Source: Thermoplasmata archaeon
GTDB lineage: Archaea; Thermoplasmatota; Thermoplasmata; RBG-16-68-12; JAFNFQ01
Direction of reading: 5' to 3'
Assembly (NCBI GenBank): GCA_041489255.1
Contig: JBGPQV010000004.1
Coordinates: 1-64,000 of the forward strand
DNA length: 64,000 nt
How positions within the stretch are numbered: position 1 is the first letter of the stretch; each line of letters opens with the position of its first letter. Both the position numbers and the translations under genes were made by a program. This document shows positions 28,701 through 36,750 of this stretch, piece after piece. The notes under the pieces were generated by a model. That model worked only from the letters and a program-made list of their open reading frames with translations. It was not told where the DNA came from and ran no database searches.

Positions 28701-29357
28701 TTGAAGCCACACCACATCACCGCGCTCAAGCACATCGCCATGCTCGGTGGCGTGAAAGAGTACGTCTCGTTCTCATCCGCGACCTTCGGTTCCATGCTCG
28801 GAGTAAGCCAGCAGTCTGCCTCGAAGCGGCTCCTGGATCTGACCAGGGACGGGCTCATCTCGAGGAATATTGTCGCGCGGCGAGAGCAGGTGAAGCTCAC
28901 GACGAAAGGGGTCGAGGTGTTGCGGCGGGAGTTTGCGGATTACAAGATCATATTCGAGGCGGTGAAGGAGCTGACGCTCACGGGAGTGCTCATGAGCGGG
29001 CTCGGTGAGGGCGCTTTCTACATGAGGCAGAGAGGTTACAAGGAGCAGTTCGCGAGGAAACTGGGATACGAGCCATTTGAAGGCACTCTCAACCTGCGCT
29101 GCTCCGGAAAGGACCTGGCGAACCTGGAGGTCCTCAGACAGGCGGAAGGCATCCAGATCGACGAGTTCCGGAGCGGCGGGAGGATGTTCGGCGGGGCGAA
29201 GTGCTTCCGCGCTAGGATGGCGAGCGTGGACTGCGCGGTGATAATCCCTCTGAGGTCGCACTATTCCGACACCGTCGAGCTCATCTCGAAGTCCAATCTC
29301 AGGACCAGACTGGGGCTCAGCGACGGGGATTCCCTGGAGCTTTCCGTCCTCCTCTGA
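28701..29357 (+). CDS. ribK: CTP-dependent riboflavin kinase with N-terminal wHTH (RbkR-like)
   Basis: HTH with SQQSASKRL, then SGLGEGAFY, PFEGTLNL, ELIS..NLR..LGL.DGD. Confidence 0.93.
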   Translation: MKPHHITALKHIAMLGGVKEYVSFSSATFGSMLGVSQQSASKRLLDLTRDGLISRNIVARREQVKLTTKGVEVLRREFADYKIIFEAVKELTLTGVLMSGLGEGAFYMRQRGYKEQFARKLGYEPFEGTLNLRCSGKDLANLEVLRQAEGIQIDEFRSGGRMFGGAKCFRARMASVDCAVIIPLRSHYSDTVELISKSNLRTRLGLSDGDSLELSVLL

Positions 29358-29374
29358 ATGCGTCATTTCGGCGT

Positions 29375-29396
29375 TGCTGGCCAGAATCTTATTATA
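29375..29396 (+). promoter_or_regulatory. Conserved promoter (BRE/TATA region) of PKD gene 1
   Basis: TGCTGGCCAGAATCTTATTATA, identical to 36677-36698 and about 50 nt before the likely ATG. Confidence 0.7.
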
Positions 29397-29448
29397 TTGC
29401 CCAAATCCATATCCACCCAGCTCGGAACAGGGGAGAGGAGTTGGGGTA

Positions 29449-32400
29449 ATGACAGGGAAATCCTTCTTTGCGGTATGTTTGGTGATAATGGCGGTCGCAT
29501 CGTCGTGCTTGACGATATTGACCGCGCAACGTTCGGACAGCGCCGCGGGCTTGGGTTCGGCGCAGCCTTTTCAGGCTTCGCAGTGGCGGGGGTTCCCCGA
29601 TGCCGATCCTGACAGCGGCAGGTTCCTCGGGGCGGCGGGCAACGGCCTGTCGACGCTCGCGGGCCAGTTGACGAAGTTGATAATCGGGATACCTGCGGGG
29701 AGGACCAGCTTCACGATCGGAATCTTCGACGGCGAAGGGAACAACAGCTGGGACCAGTACATAAACACCATCGACCTGCTCGATTTCAAGCTCTACAAGG
29801 ATCCACTCAAGAATGGCGCGATGACCCTCATGGACTCATGGAACAACCTCGGGATGTTTGATGACGGGTGGACGGACCGCACTTACACCACGAGCAACGA
29901 TGCGAAGGCCCCGAGTGGCAACTACTTCTACCGCCTGGAGATCAACTGGAACGACCCCACCACGGCGGACGACATAAACGGCTTCAAGGTCCGCGTTGAT
30001 GGCCAGGTAGGCGCATTCGCATACCAGCCGTATTGCGTCGAGGGCGCGCCGATCGCCGTCACGGACCCGTTGTGGGGCATGACCGACCCGAACCCGGGCG
30101 ACTACAACGATCCCGGGGTGAACTCGTACCGGGGCAACTGGCAGTTCTACTTCTACGTGCCCAGGAAGGTTCCCTCCATGAAGTTCCAGGACGGCGACTT
30201 CGACAGGGCGGATGACACCGACGATGCGAACACCCCGAACATCGATCCTGACGGGCCTGGTCCCGCCATCGCCGAAGGCGTGAACCCCGGAGCACCGCCC
30301 GACGATCCGTTGACGCCAACTTCCTACACAATTCCCCCCAGCGTGAACTACAGCATCACCGAGCCTTCCGGGAGCATCTATCTCAACACGAACCCGTCAG
30401 GCAACCAGGAATGGGAGAATTTCATCATTTCCACTAACGTCTCCGATCAGCCCGACTACCTGGTCGGCAATAAGCTGGAGCCGGGTCTCTGGAAGCTCCA
30501 GTTCATCGGTGTCGACGCACATAACCTCGCATGCCTGAGCGTCCCATACGAGGTGTACACCTACGACGAGCCGCCGCTTCCGCTGAGCCCGCCGCCGACG
30601 GTGGATCCGGACAGGTCGGCAGCGATCAGCGTGCCGCCCCCGCAGACATTGACGTTCGCGCACACCGTGACGAACCATGGCCCGCCGCAGGTGTTCGACC
30701 TCGACGCGACATCCCAGCACGGATGGGTCACGAGGATCTACCATGACCTTGACGGGGACGGGGTGCTGGACGTCTTCGAACCCATGGTGAGCGACACTGG
30801 CATGATTGGACAGAACGCCACGTTCAAGATCATTGTCCAGGTGGACGTTCCGAATCTGGGGTCATTCACTGTGGACGTCACGACCACCCTCGCCTCCAGC
30901 CAGACCGAATGGGCGGTCCAAGGCAGCGCCGAGGACACCATAACGGTCAACACCAACCGCGCTCCGAAGGCCGAGGCCGGGGGACCCTACACAGGCTACG
31001 AGGGTTCGGCGGTGGTCCTCGACGGAAGCGGTTCCACCGACCCTGACAACAACACGCTTCAGTTCCGCTGGGACTTCGCGAACGACGGCACATGGGACAC
31101 TCCCTGGTCGTTGAACCCCAAGACGCCTCACACTTGGGGAGATGACTACACCGGCAAGGTCGCACTCCAGATAACTGACGGGAACCTCACGGACATCGAC
31201 ACCGCCAGCGTCACGATTCTCGATGTACTGCCATCAGGCAGCTTGACGATAATCTCTCAACAGCACGAGGGCTCGGCGATCACGTTCGCGGCGCACGTCA
31301 CCGACCCGGGCAGTGACGACTTGTTCCTCAGATGGACGTGGGGCTACGGCGCGGCAGATGAGTACTCGACGTACTACAACAACGGCGTCGGCCCGGACCC
31401 GTACCCGAGCCCGGACATCAACCCGAGGGACATCACGGACACGAAGAGCCACACCTACGGCGACAACGGTGCCTTCGTCGTGACCGTCTTCGTCAGGGAC
31501 GACGACAGCGGAACACAAGGTATCACTCTCCAGATAACGGCCACGCCAGACAACCTCCCGCCGACGGTGGACTTTGCGGGCGACATGACTGTCGATGAAG
31601 GGCAGTCCGTCACCCTCACCGCAACCGCAACGGATCCAGGCAGCGACGACCTGACATTCTCGTGGGCGTTCGAGCTCGGTCCGTCGATCGACGACGTCTA
31701 CTACAACGACGGGATCGGTCCGGACCCATCGCAGAGCCCTGGCGGGACCTACCCGTTCACCGCCACGGACACCGCCACGCACGTCTACGGAGACGACGGT
31801 GTCTACACGGTCACGCTAACAGTCACGGACGACGATGGCGGTTCGGTCACCTCCTCGGCGCAGGTCATGGTCATGAATCTCCCGCCAACGATCACCCCGT
31901 TCGGTCCCTTCGAGATTAACGAGGCTGATCTCCTGTCGGTCACCGCCAACGCGGTGGACCCGGGCAGCGACGACCTGACGTTCACATGGACGTTCGAGTA
32001 CGGACCGACGATCCAGGACGTCTTCTACAACGACGGTGTCGGGCCGGACCCGGTGAAGAGTCCCGATGGCATGTTCCCGTTCAGCGTCGACGACATGGCC
32101 TCGCACGTCTACGGCGACAACGGCGTGTTCGTCATCACGCTGACAGTGACGGACGACGATGGCGGCATGGCGACTTACCAGACCACCGTCACAGTTCTCA
32201 ACATCCCGCCAACGATAGTCGACGCCAAGGCATACCTGCTCGCGGACGTCACTCTGATGATATCAGGAGAGAAGTGGCATGATGTCATCCTCAGGCTGTT
32301 CGAGGACGGTCAAGAGGTCGGATATGCCCAGGTCATCAGGTATCCCGGGAGCCCAAGTGAACAGTCGATGACGCTGCACGATGTAGAAATAACCTTGACC

Positions 32401-32874
32401 GGGCAGTTCTCTGCGGTGGCATACTATACGCCTTCCGATGACCCCATAAACGGCCAGCCCAATGGGGCAGACCCGGCGTGGATCATCATCACCTGGGAAG
32501 ACGGGAGGGAGACGACCCTCAAGCATAACTTCAACGTGATGGCGCCGGACAGGTGGATCTGGACCGTGGACAACCTCTACCTCTACGCGGCGAACGAGAT
32601 TGTTCACGTCAAGGCGACCGCCACCGACCCGGGCAGCGACGACCTCACGTTCACCTGGGACTGGGGGGACGGGACTCCCTCGATCGCGACGACATACTTC
32701 AACGATGGAATCGGGCCAGATCCGTACCCGAGCCCCGACGGGACTTACCCGTTCACCGCGACTGATTCAGCCCAACACATCTACGCCATGGCGGGTGACT
32801 ACAGCTTGACGTTGACCGTGATGGACGACGATGGCGGCATGGTGAATCTCGTCATCGTCTTGGTTATCCCTTGA
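29449..32874 (+). CDS. Secreted PKD-repeat surface protein (4 GSDDL-type repeats)
   Basis: Signal peptide, unique N-terminal domain, and repeats of DPGSDDL.F.W...YYNDG.GPDP..SP...HTYGDNG...LTV.DDDGG. Confidence 0.85.
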   Translation: MTGKSFFAVCLVIMAVASSCLTILTAQRSDSAAGLGSAQPFQASQWRGFPDADPDSGRFLGAAGNGLSTLAGQLTKLIIGIPAGRTSFTIGIFDGEGNNSWDQYINTIDLLDFKLYKDPLKNGAMTLMDSWNNLGMFDDGWTDRTYTTSNDAKAPSGNYFYRLEINWNDPTTADDINGFKVRVDGQVGAFAYQPYCVEGAPIAVTDPLWGMTDPNPGDYNDPGVNSYRGNWQFYFYVPRKVPSMKFQDGDFDRADDTDDANTPNIDPDGPGPAIAEGVNPGAPPDDPLTPTSYTIPPSVNYSITEPSGSIYLNTNPSGNQEWENFIISTNVSDQPDYLVGNKLEPGLWKLQFIGVDAHNLACLSVPYEVYTYDEPPLPLSPPPTVDPDRSAAISVPPPQTLTFAHTVTNHGPPQVFDLDATSQHGWVTRIYHDLDGDGVLDVFEPMVSDTGMIGQNATFKIIVQVDVPNLGSFTVDVTTTLASSQTEWAVQGSAEDTITVNTNRAPKAEAGGPYTGYEGSAVVLDGSGSTDPDNNTLQFRWDFANDGTWDTPWSLNPKTPHTWGDDYTGKVALQITDGNLTDIDTASVTILDVLPSGSLTIISQQHEGSAITFAAHVTDPGSDDLFLRWTWGYGAADEYSTYYNNGVGPDPYPSPDINPRDITDTKSHTYGDNGAFVVTVFVRDDDSGTQGITLQITATPDNLPPTVDFAGDMTVDEGQSVTLTATATDPGSDDLTFSWAFELGPSIDDVYYNDGIGPDPSQSPGGTYPFTATDTATHVYGDDGVYTVTLTVTDDDGGSVTSSAQVMVMNLPPTITPFGPFEINEADLLSVTANAVDPGSDDLTFTWTFEYGPTIQDVFYNDGVGPDPVKSPDGMFPFSVDDMASHVYGDNGVFVITLTVTDDDGGMATYQTTVTVLNIPPTIVDAKAYLLADVTLMISGEKWHDVILRLFEDGQEVGYAQVIRYPGSPSEQSMTLHDVEITLTGQFSAVAYYTPSDDPINGQPNGADPAWIIITWEDGRETTLKHNFNVMAPDRWIWTVDNLYLYAANEIVHVKATATDPGSDDLTFTWDWGDGTPSIATTYFNDGIGPDPYPSPDGTYPFTATDSAQHIYAMAGDYSLTLTVMDDDGGMVNLVIVLVIP

Positions 32875-33049
32875 GAGTGGCGGCACCGCCAAAGTCGGGA
32901 TTCAATCGAGCAGTGAGAACACTCTTTTCCCTCAGCTTCTCGCTCTTCACACGGAATACGCGTTGACTTGGGCGCATGCGGCACGATATGACAAGTGATG
33001 GGGGCAATTGATGTTGACCATTGGAAGGCCAAGGTGGGACGACTCGCAG

Positions 33050-33680
33050 AACTAAGAGTGAGGAACCGGGCATTGCGGCGTCTTCCATGGTGTGTCTTAC
33101 GAACTTCATCGTGCCTGATTTGACAATGGATGACTGCGCCAGCCATCCAGTGACAGACAAAACGGTGCAGGCGACCGAGAAGACGATTGCATTGCCCATG
33201 CCGTCTGCTTCAGGATCAGGCTCCTCGCCGAAGAACCTCTTCGCCACCCAGCCCGCCCACTGGTCGGGCGTGCCCGACGGCGTGCCGAACGGGTTCACGA
33301 GCATGCAGCGGGTCAGGTGCGCGGTGATCATGTCGACGAACATCGCCATGAGCATGGACGGATTGCCGACCAGGTCGCCTATCATCTTCGGGAGCTGAGT
33401 TATGGCGCCGATTATCTCGTGGATGTGGAGGAAGATGCTCAGGTCCTCGAAGAGACCGACGAGCATGCCGAGGAAGAAGCCGAAGACGGCGCCGCCTATG
33501 GCGGGGCCGAGGAGGAAGGAGAGGAAGCCCGCCACGAGCTTGCCAATGAGGTAGGTGAGGCCGCCGCCGGCGGTCTTCTTCCATGACGTTGCCGGCGAGG
33601 TCGTAGGCTCCCGCCTCGACCTCGTAGCCCCACATGTAGTCCCCCCAGAAGTCTATCTCGAAGGTCGTGGAGTAGCGCTC
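33050..33680 (-). pseudogene. Internal fragment of a large secreted or membrane protein gene (frameshifted, 5'-truncated; boundaries approximate)
   Basis: An Ig-like strand ...YEVEAGAYDLAGNV shifts frame near 33581 into KTAGGGLTYLIGKLVAGFLSFLLGPAIGGAVFGFFLGMLVGLFEDL... No credible start codon. Confidence 0.5.
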
Positions 33681-33794
33681 CCCGCCGCGAAGAACTTCCA
33701 GCGCATCCGGAGCAAGATCAGGCGGGAGAAGAAGGGCCTCGACGCGATTGTGCAGCCCGCGCCGATCCCGACGCCGCAACCGATGAAGTAGAGC

Positions 33795-34365
33795 CAATAT
33801 CCGTTTCCGACGAACCAAGACCCAAGGCCCCCGCATCCGGGGGCCACCTTTCCTTTCTCGAACTCGGCACGAGACAATCAAGATTCTGTCGCGCGTGATC
33901 CACTTCCCGCCCCGCCCAACCCGGATCCGATGCGGGGCGATTCGAAGCCGTCTACGGCACACTCGAATCTGATTCCGCGTCACCCGGTTCCGTGTCCGCT
34001 CCCTTGGATCGCCTCTAGCAGCCTCCGGAATCCGATTCCGGACAACCGGAATCCGTTTCCGCGCAGTTGTCCGACGGCGGGGGACAGTCGCCCGGAGGTC
34101 TGGACCGTTGTCCCCCGACTGGGGCGGACTGCGCGGGGACCTGGGACAGTTGTCCGCTGACGATGGACAGTTGCGCGGCGATGGGGGACAACCGTCCGCA
34201 GTTGGCGGGCGGTTGACCGGAACCCGGGACAGTTGCCCCCCGACGGAGGACAGTTGCGCGATGGCGGGGGAGAACTGTGCGGAGTTGGGGGCGGATTGTC
34301 CGAAGACGGATTCGGACTGTCCCAAGACGGATTTGGATCGCCCGAAGTTCGCTTCGACTGCCGAG
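33795..34365. repeat. Degenerate 21-nt-period tandem array (about 27 units, two sub-consensuses)
   Basis: CAGTTG-like cores at 34064, 34085, 34105, 34126, 34147, 34168, 34189, 34210, 34230, 34251, 34272, 34293, 34314 and 34335. The earlier half is phased on units such as CGGAATCCGATTCCGGACAAC and CGGAATCCGTTTCCGCGCAGT. Confidence 0.75.
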
Positions 34366-34470
34366 AGAGGGGCCGAGGACCGGCCGCAATCGAACGCACC
34401 CCTCTTTCTTGGCAAGTCGGCTTCTCGGACGGATGTTGACTCGAGATCTGCAGCCAATAGCCGCCTTGCG

Positions 34471-34593
34471 CCCGCCACCGTCACGGACTCCGAGACGCAC
34501 GCCTGCGCGATGGCGGGAATGTATGAACTCAAGCTGACGGTGAGGGACGACGATAGCGGTTAAGCGAGATTCCTCGAGGTCATCATCATCTGA
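34471..34593 (+). pseudogene. Orphan PKD-gene 3' end, copy A
   Basis: Translates TVTDSETHACAMAGMYELKLTVRDDDSG*ARFLEVIII*, compared with the PKD1 end TATDSAQHIYAMAGDYSLTLTVMDDDGGMVNLVIVLVIP*. Confidence 0.8.
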
Positions 34594-34672
34594 GGGGTTT
34601 CGCATGAGCTGGCGGCAGCCAGGGAATAATGATATACTCCATTAATCAATGCGTGTCTGAAGATGCCGAGGG

Positions 34673-35377
34673 ATGGTATCCGTGACCCAGCCATCACGCG
34701 CTCTGACCGAGTCCGACCGGACACCCACAGTGTTGACCCGGGCCGATTCCGGTTCCTCCGCGGGCCGGCAATGGCTCACCTACCTAGGGGTCTTCTGCTC
34801 CATAGCGGTGGTCATCCTTGCGTTCTGGGCCGGTCTCGCCCCGCATGAAGGATACTGGATATGGGGCGAACTTAGGTTCACTCCCCAAGAAGCCGCGTCC
34901 ATCAATGTTTCCCTGATTGCGGTTGCGCTGGAGTCCCGTGGCTACGTGGTGGCCTTCGTCCAAGGCGGCCCCGGTCAATCCTGGGGAGAACTGTCTGTGC
35001 TCAACCGCTCGAAACCGGACTTCCGGGCATGGATCAAGAACCCCGAGGGAAGCCCGCCCGACGCTCGCATATATGGTGAGCTCCGTTACGTAAGCGGGTG
35101 GGGAGCAGGGGCCGCACGTTTTGAATCAGCGGCGCGTCAAATAAGCGATAACGTTTCCGCCCTCGCGATGGATATGGGTTTCACCGTCGACGCAGGGCGA
35201 ATCGCAGTCGAGGACACCTTTGATACATTTGTGGACGTATCGGTGCGAGTGTTCGCGCTGTTCGTCGCTGTGACCGTCACGGCGGTGGTGGCCGCGCTGT
35301 TGGTCAAGTCCCGCAGGAAGTCGCGGCTGACCCCGCCGGTGCCGCCGCAGGCTCCTCCTTTCCCTCCGCAGGGCTAG
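34673..35377 (+). CDS. Hypothetical 2-TM membrane protein with Pro-rich tail
   Basis: Two hydrophobic segments flank a soluble domain of about 130 aa. An AT-rich promoter-like stretch lies at about 34625-34650. Confidence 0.6.
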   Translation: MVSVTQPSRALTESDRTPTVLTRADSGSSAGRQWLTYLGVFCSIAVVILAFWAGLAPHEGYWIWGELRFTPQEAASINVSLIAVALESRGYVVAFVQGGPGQSWGELSVLNRSKPDFRAWIKNPEGSPPDARIYGELRYVSGWGAGAARFESAARQISDNVSALAMDMGFTVDAGRIAVEDTFDTFVDVSVRVFALFVAVTVTAVVAALLVKSRRKSRLTPPVPPQAPPFPPQG

Positions 35378-35378
35378 G

Positions 35379-35504
35379 GCCACAGACCCGATTCTCATTT
35401 GAGAACGGGAATCGGATTCTCCCGCCACCGCTACGACGTACTTCAATAACGGAACAGGACCCGATTGATATCCCAGTCCTGGCGGCACCTTCCCGTTCAT
35501 AGCG
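35379..35504 (+). pseudogene. Orphan PKD-gene 3' end, copy B (cut at hicA)
   Basis: Translates ATDP...DSPATATTYFNNGTGPD*YPSPGGTFPFIA, compared with PKD1 ATDP...GTPSIATTYFNDGIGPDPYPSPDGTYPFTA. Confidence 0.8.
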
Positions 35505-35720
35505 CCTTGACGAACTCTTCTTCATCGATTCCGGCGTGCCGGAGCACCTTGCGGACGATGTTCCTGCCAAGCCCGCGGTGGAACGACACGATCAGGAAGT
35601 CCGGTCTGTCCGGGTGGACGAGCTTCCGGTGGCTCCCCTCTGGCTCCCCACGGTCCATCCGAACCGGGCCATCGCCCGGAGGAAGCGGCGACCGTCGATC
35701 TCCCCGGGCAGTCTCGCCAT
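35497..35720 (-). pseudogene. hicA: HicA-family mRNA interferase toxin with a 1-nt frameshift
   Basis: MARLPGEIDGRRFLRAMARFGWTVGSQRG continues in another frame as SHRKLVHPDRP..IVSFH..LGRNIVRKVLRHAGIDEEEF. One base is missing in the run at 35635-35638. Confidence 0.8.
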
Positions 35721-35944
35721 CAGACGTCCACCGTGATGATCTTGACGGGGAGCGGGGCGGCAGCTCCGGGAGACCTCGCGGGTTTCCCCTTCGACGCCTC
35801 CTCGAGGTAGAAGCTGATCGCCTCCTTGACCAGCTTGCGCACCTCCTTTTCGCTCTCCGCGTCCACGAAGATTGGCAGGCCCGGTATCGTGGCGGCATAG
35901 TGCCCCGTCTCCGGGTCGTGTTCGACCACCACTTTGAACTTCAT
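35720..35944 (-). CDS. hicB: HicB-family antitoxin (short form)
   Basis: MKFKVVVEHDPETGHYAATIPGLP...ESEKE....VKEAISFYLE. Its stop codon overlaps the hicA start. Confidence 0.85.
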   Translation of the reverse strand: MKFKVVVEHDPETGHYAATIPGLPIFVDAESEKEVRKLVKEAISFYLEEASKGKPARSPGAAAPLPVKIITVDV

Positions 35945-36045
35945 CAAAGACACGATTCCCCCGGGGCATAATAAACCTGCCGAGCGAATGTTGCCAGAGG
36001 GAGAGATTGGGGGGCTCTGGCGGGTCCTTGTCGGAGGCATTGCGA

Positions 36046-36252
36046 GACTGGACTCCCGCCGCCGTCACGACACACTTCAACGACGGCATTGGACCCGACC
36101 CATACCCCAGTCCTGGCGGCACATCCCCGTTCACCGCGACGGACTCGCGGGAGCACATGTATGCTCTGAGGGGAACGCGTGTCATTGCCCTGAGCGTAGG
36201 CGACGATGACGGTGGCTCGTGCGAGGTCCAGCTCACCATCAGCTTGGGTTGA
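36046..36252 (+). pseudogene. Orphan PKD-gene 3' end, copy C
   Basis: Translates TPAAVTTHFNDGIGPDPYPSPGGTSPFTATDSREHMYA..G...IALSVGDDDGGSCEVQLTISLG*. Confidence 0.85.
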
Positions 36253-36676
36253 GATTGGTCATTCTCCATGGTCATTCGCGGGCAAGTCGTCCACAACCAT
36301 GCGTATGGCGGCAGATAGTGGATTCACAGGAGCGACGAAACCTCGCTAGAGAATCGCCTCATAGACCTGTGATCTTGCACCATCGAAAGTGGAATTGAGA
36401 CTCGGACGACCGTATGTGAGATTCAAACAACTGTGCGGATTCTGCGACCAGCCGACCGACAACCTGTATCGAGGCATCATACTGTTCCTCAAGCGTTGCT
36501 CCACCGTAGGTCCACCGTAGCTCTACAGCTGCTCCACATTGGACAATCGTGCGTTCCCGATCTTGCGCGAGCTTGTCTGAGATTGTCCCGGCGAATCAGA
36601 GTCTCGCGAATCGAACATAACTTCGGGCGTCATTCAAGCGATGTCCAGTCGATTCCGAATCGGGCATTCCGCGGCC

Positions 36677-36698
36677 TGCTGGCCAGAATCTTATTATA
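36677..36698 (+). promoter_or_regulatory. Conserved promoter of PKD gene 2
   Basis: Exact 22-bp match to 29375-29396, containing TTATTATA. Confidence 0.7.
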
Positions 36699-36750
36699 GC
36701 CGCCAATCGATATGTCAACGTCTGGCCACGTGGGTCGGGGAGCATTGGTT

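Noticed and set aside
33795-34365. CRISPR array
   Set aside because: No invariant repeat alternating with unique spacers, a period of only 21 nt, and no cas1/cas2 in the window.
33216-34532. 438-aa minus-strand ORF as a real gene
   Set aside because: It is a chimera of the antisense of remnant A, the repeat array and parts of other fragments, with R/P-rich low-complexity composition.
32660-36252. Diversity-generating retroelement (TR/VR) explanation for the PKD remnants
   Set aside because: Differences are not confined to adenines, include indels and stops, and no reverse transcriptase is present in the window.
36253-36670. Possible pseudogene, and a short TCCACCGTAG x2 repeat
   Set aside because: No recognisable protein motif in the frames examined, and the repeat is too short to interpret.
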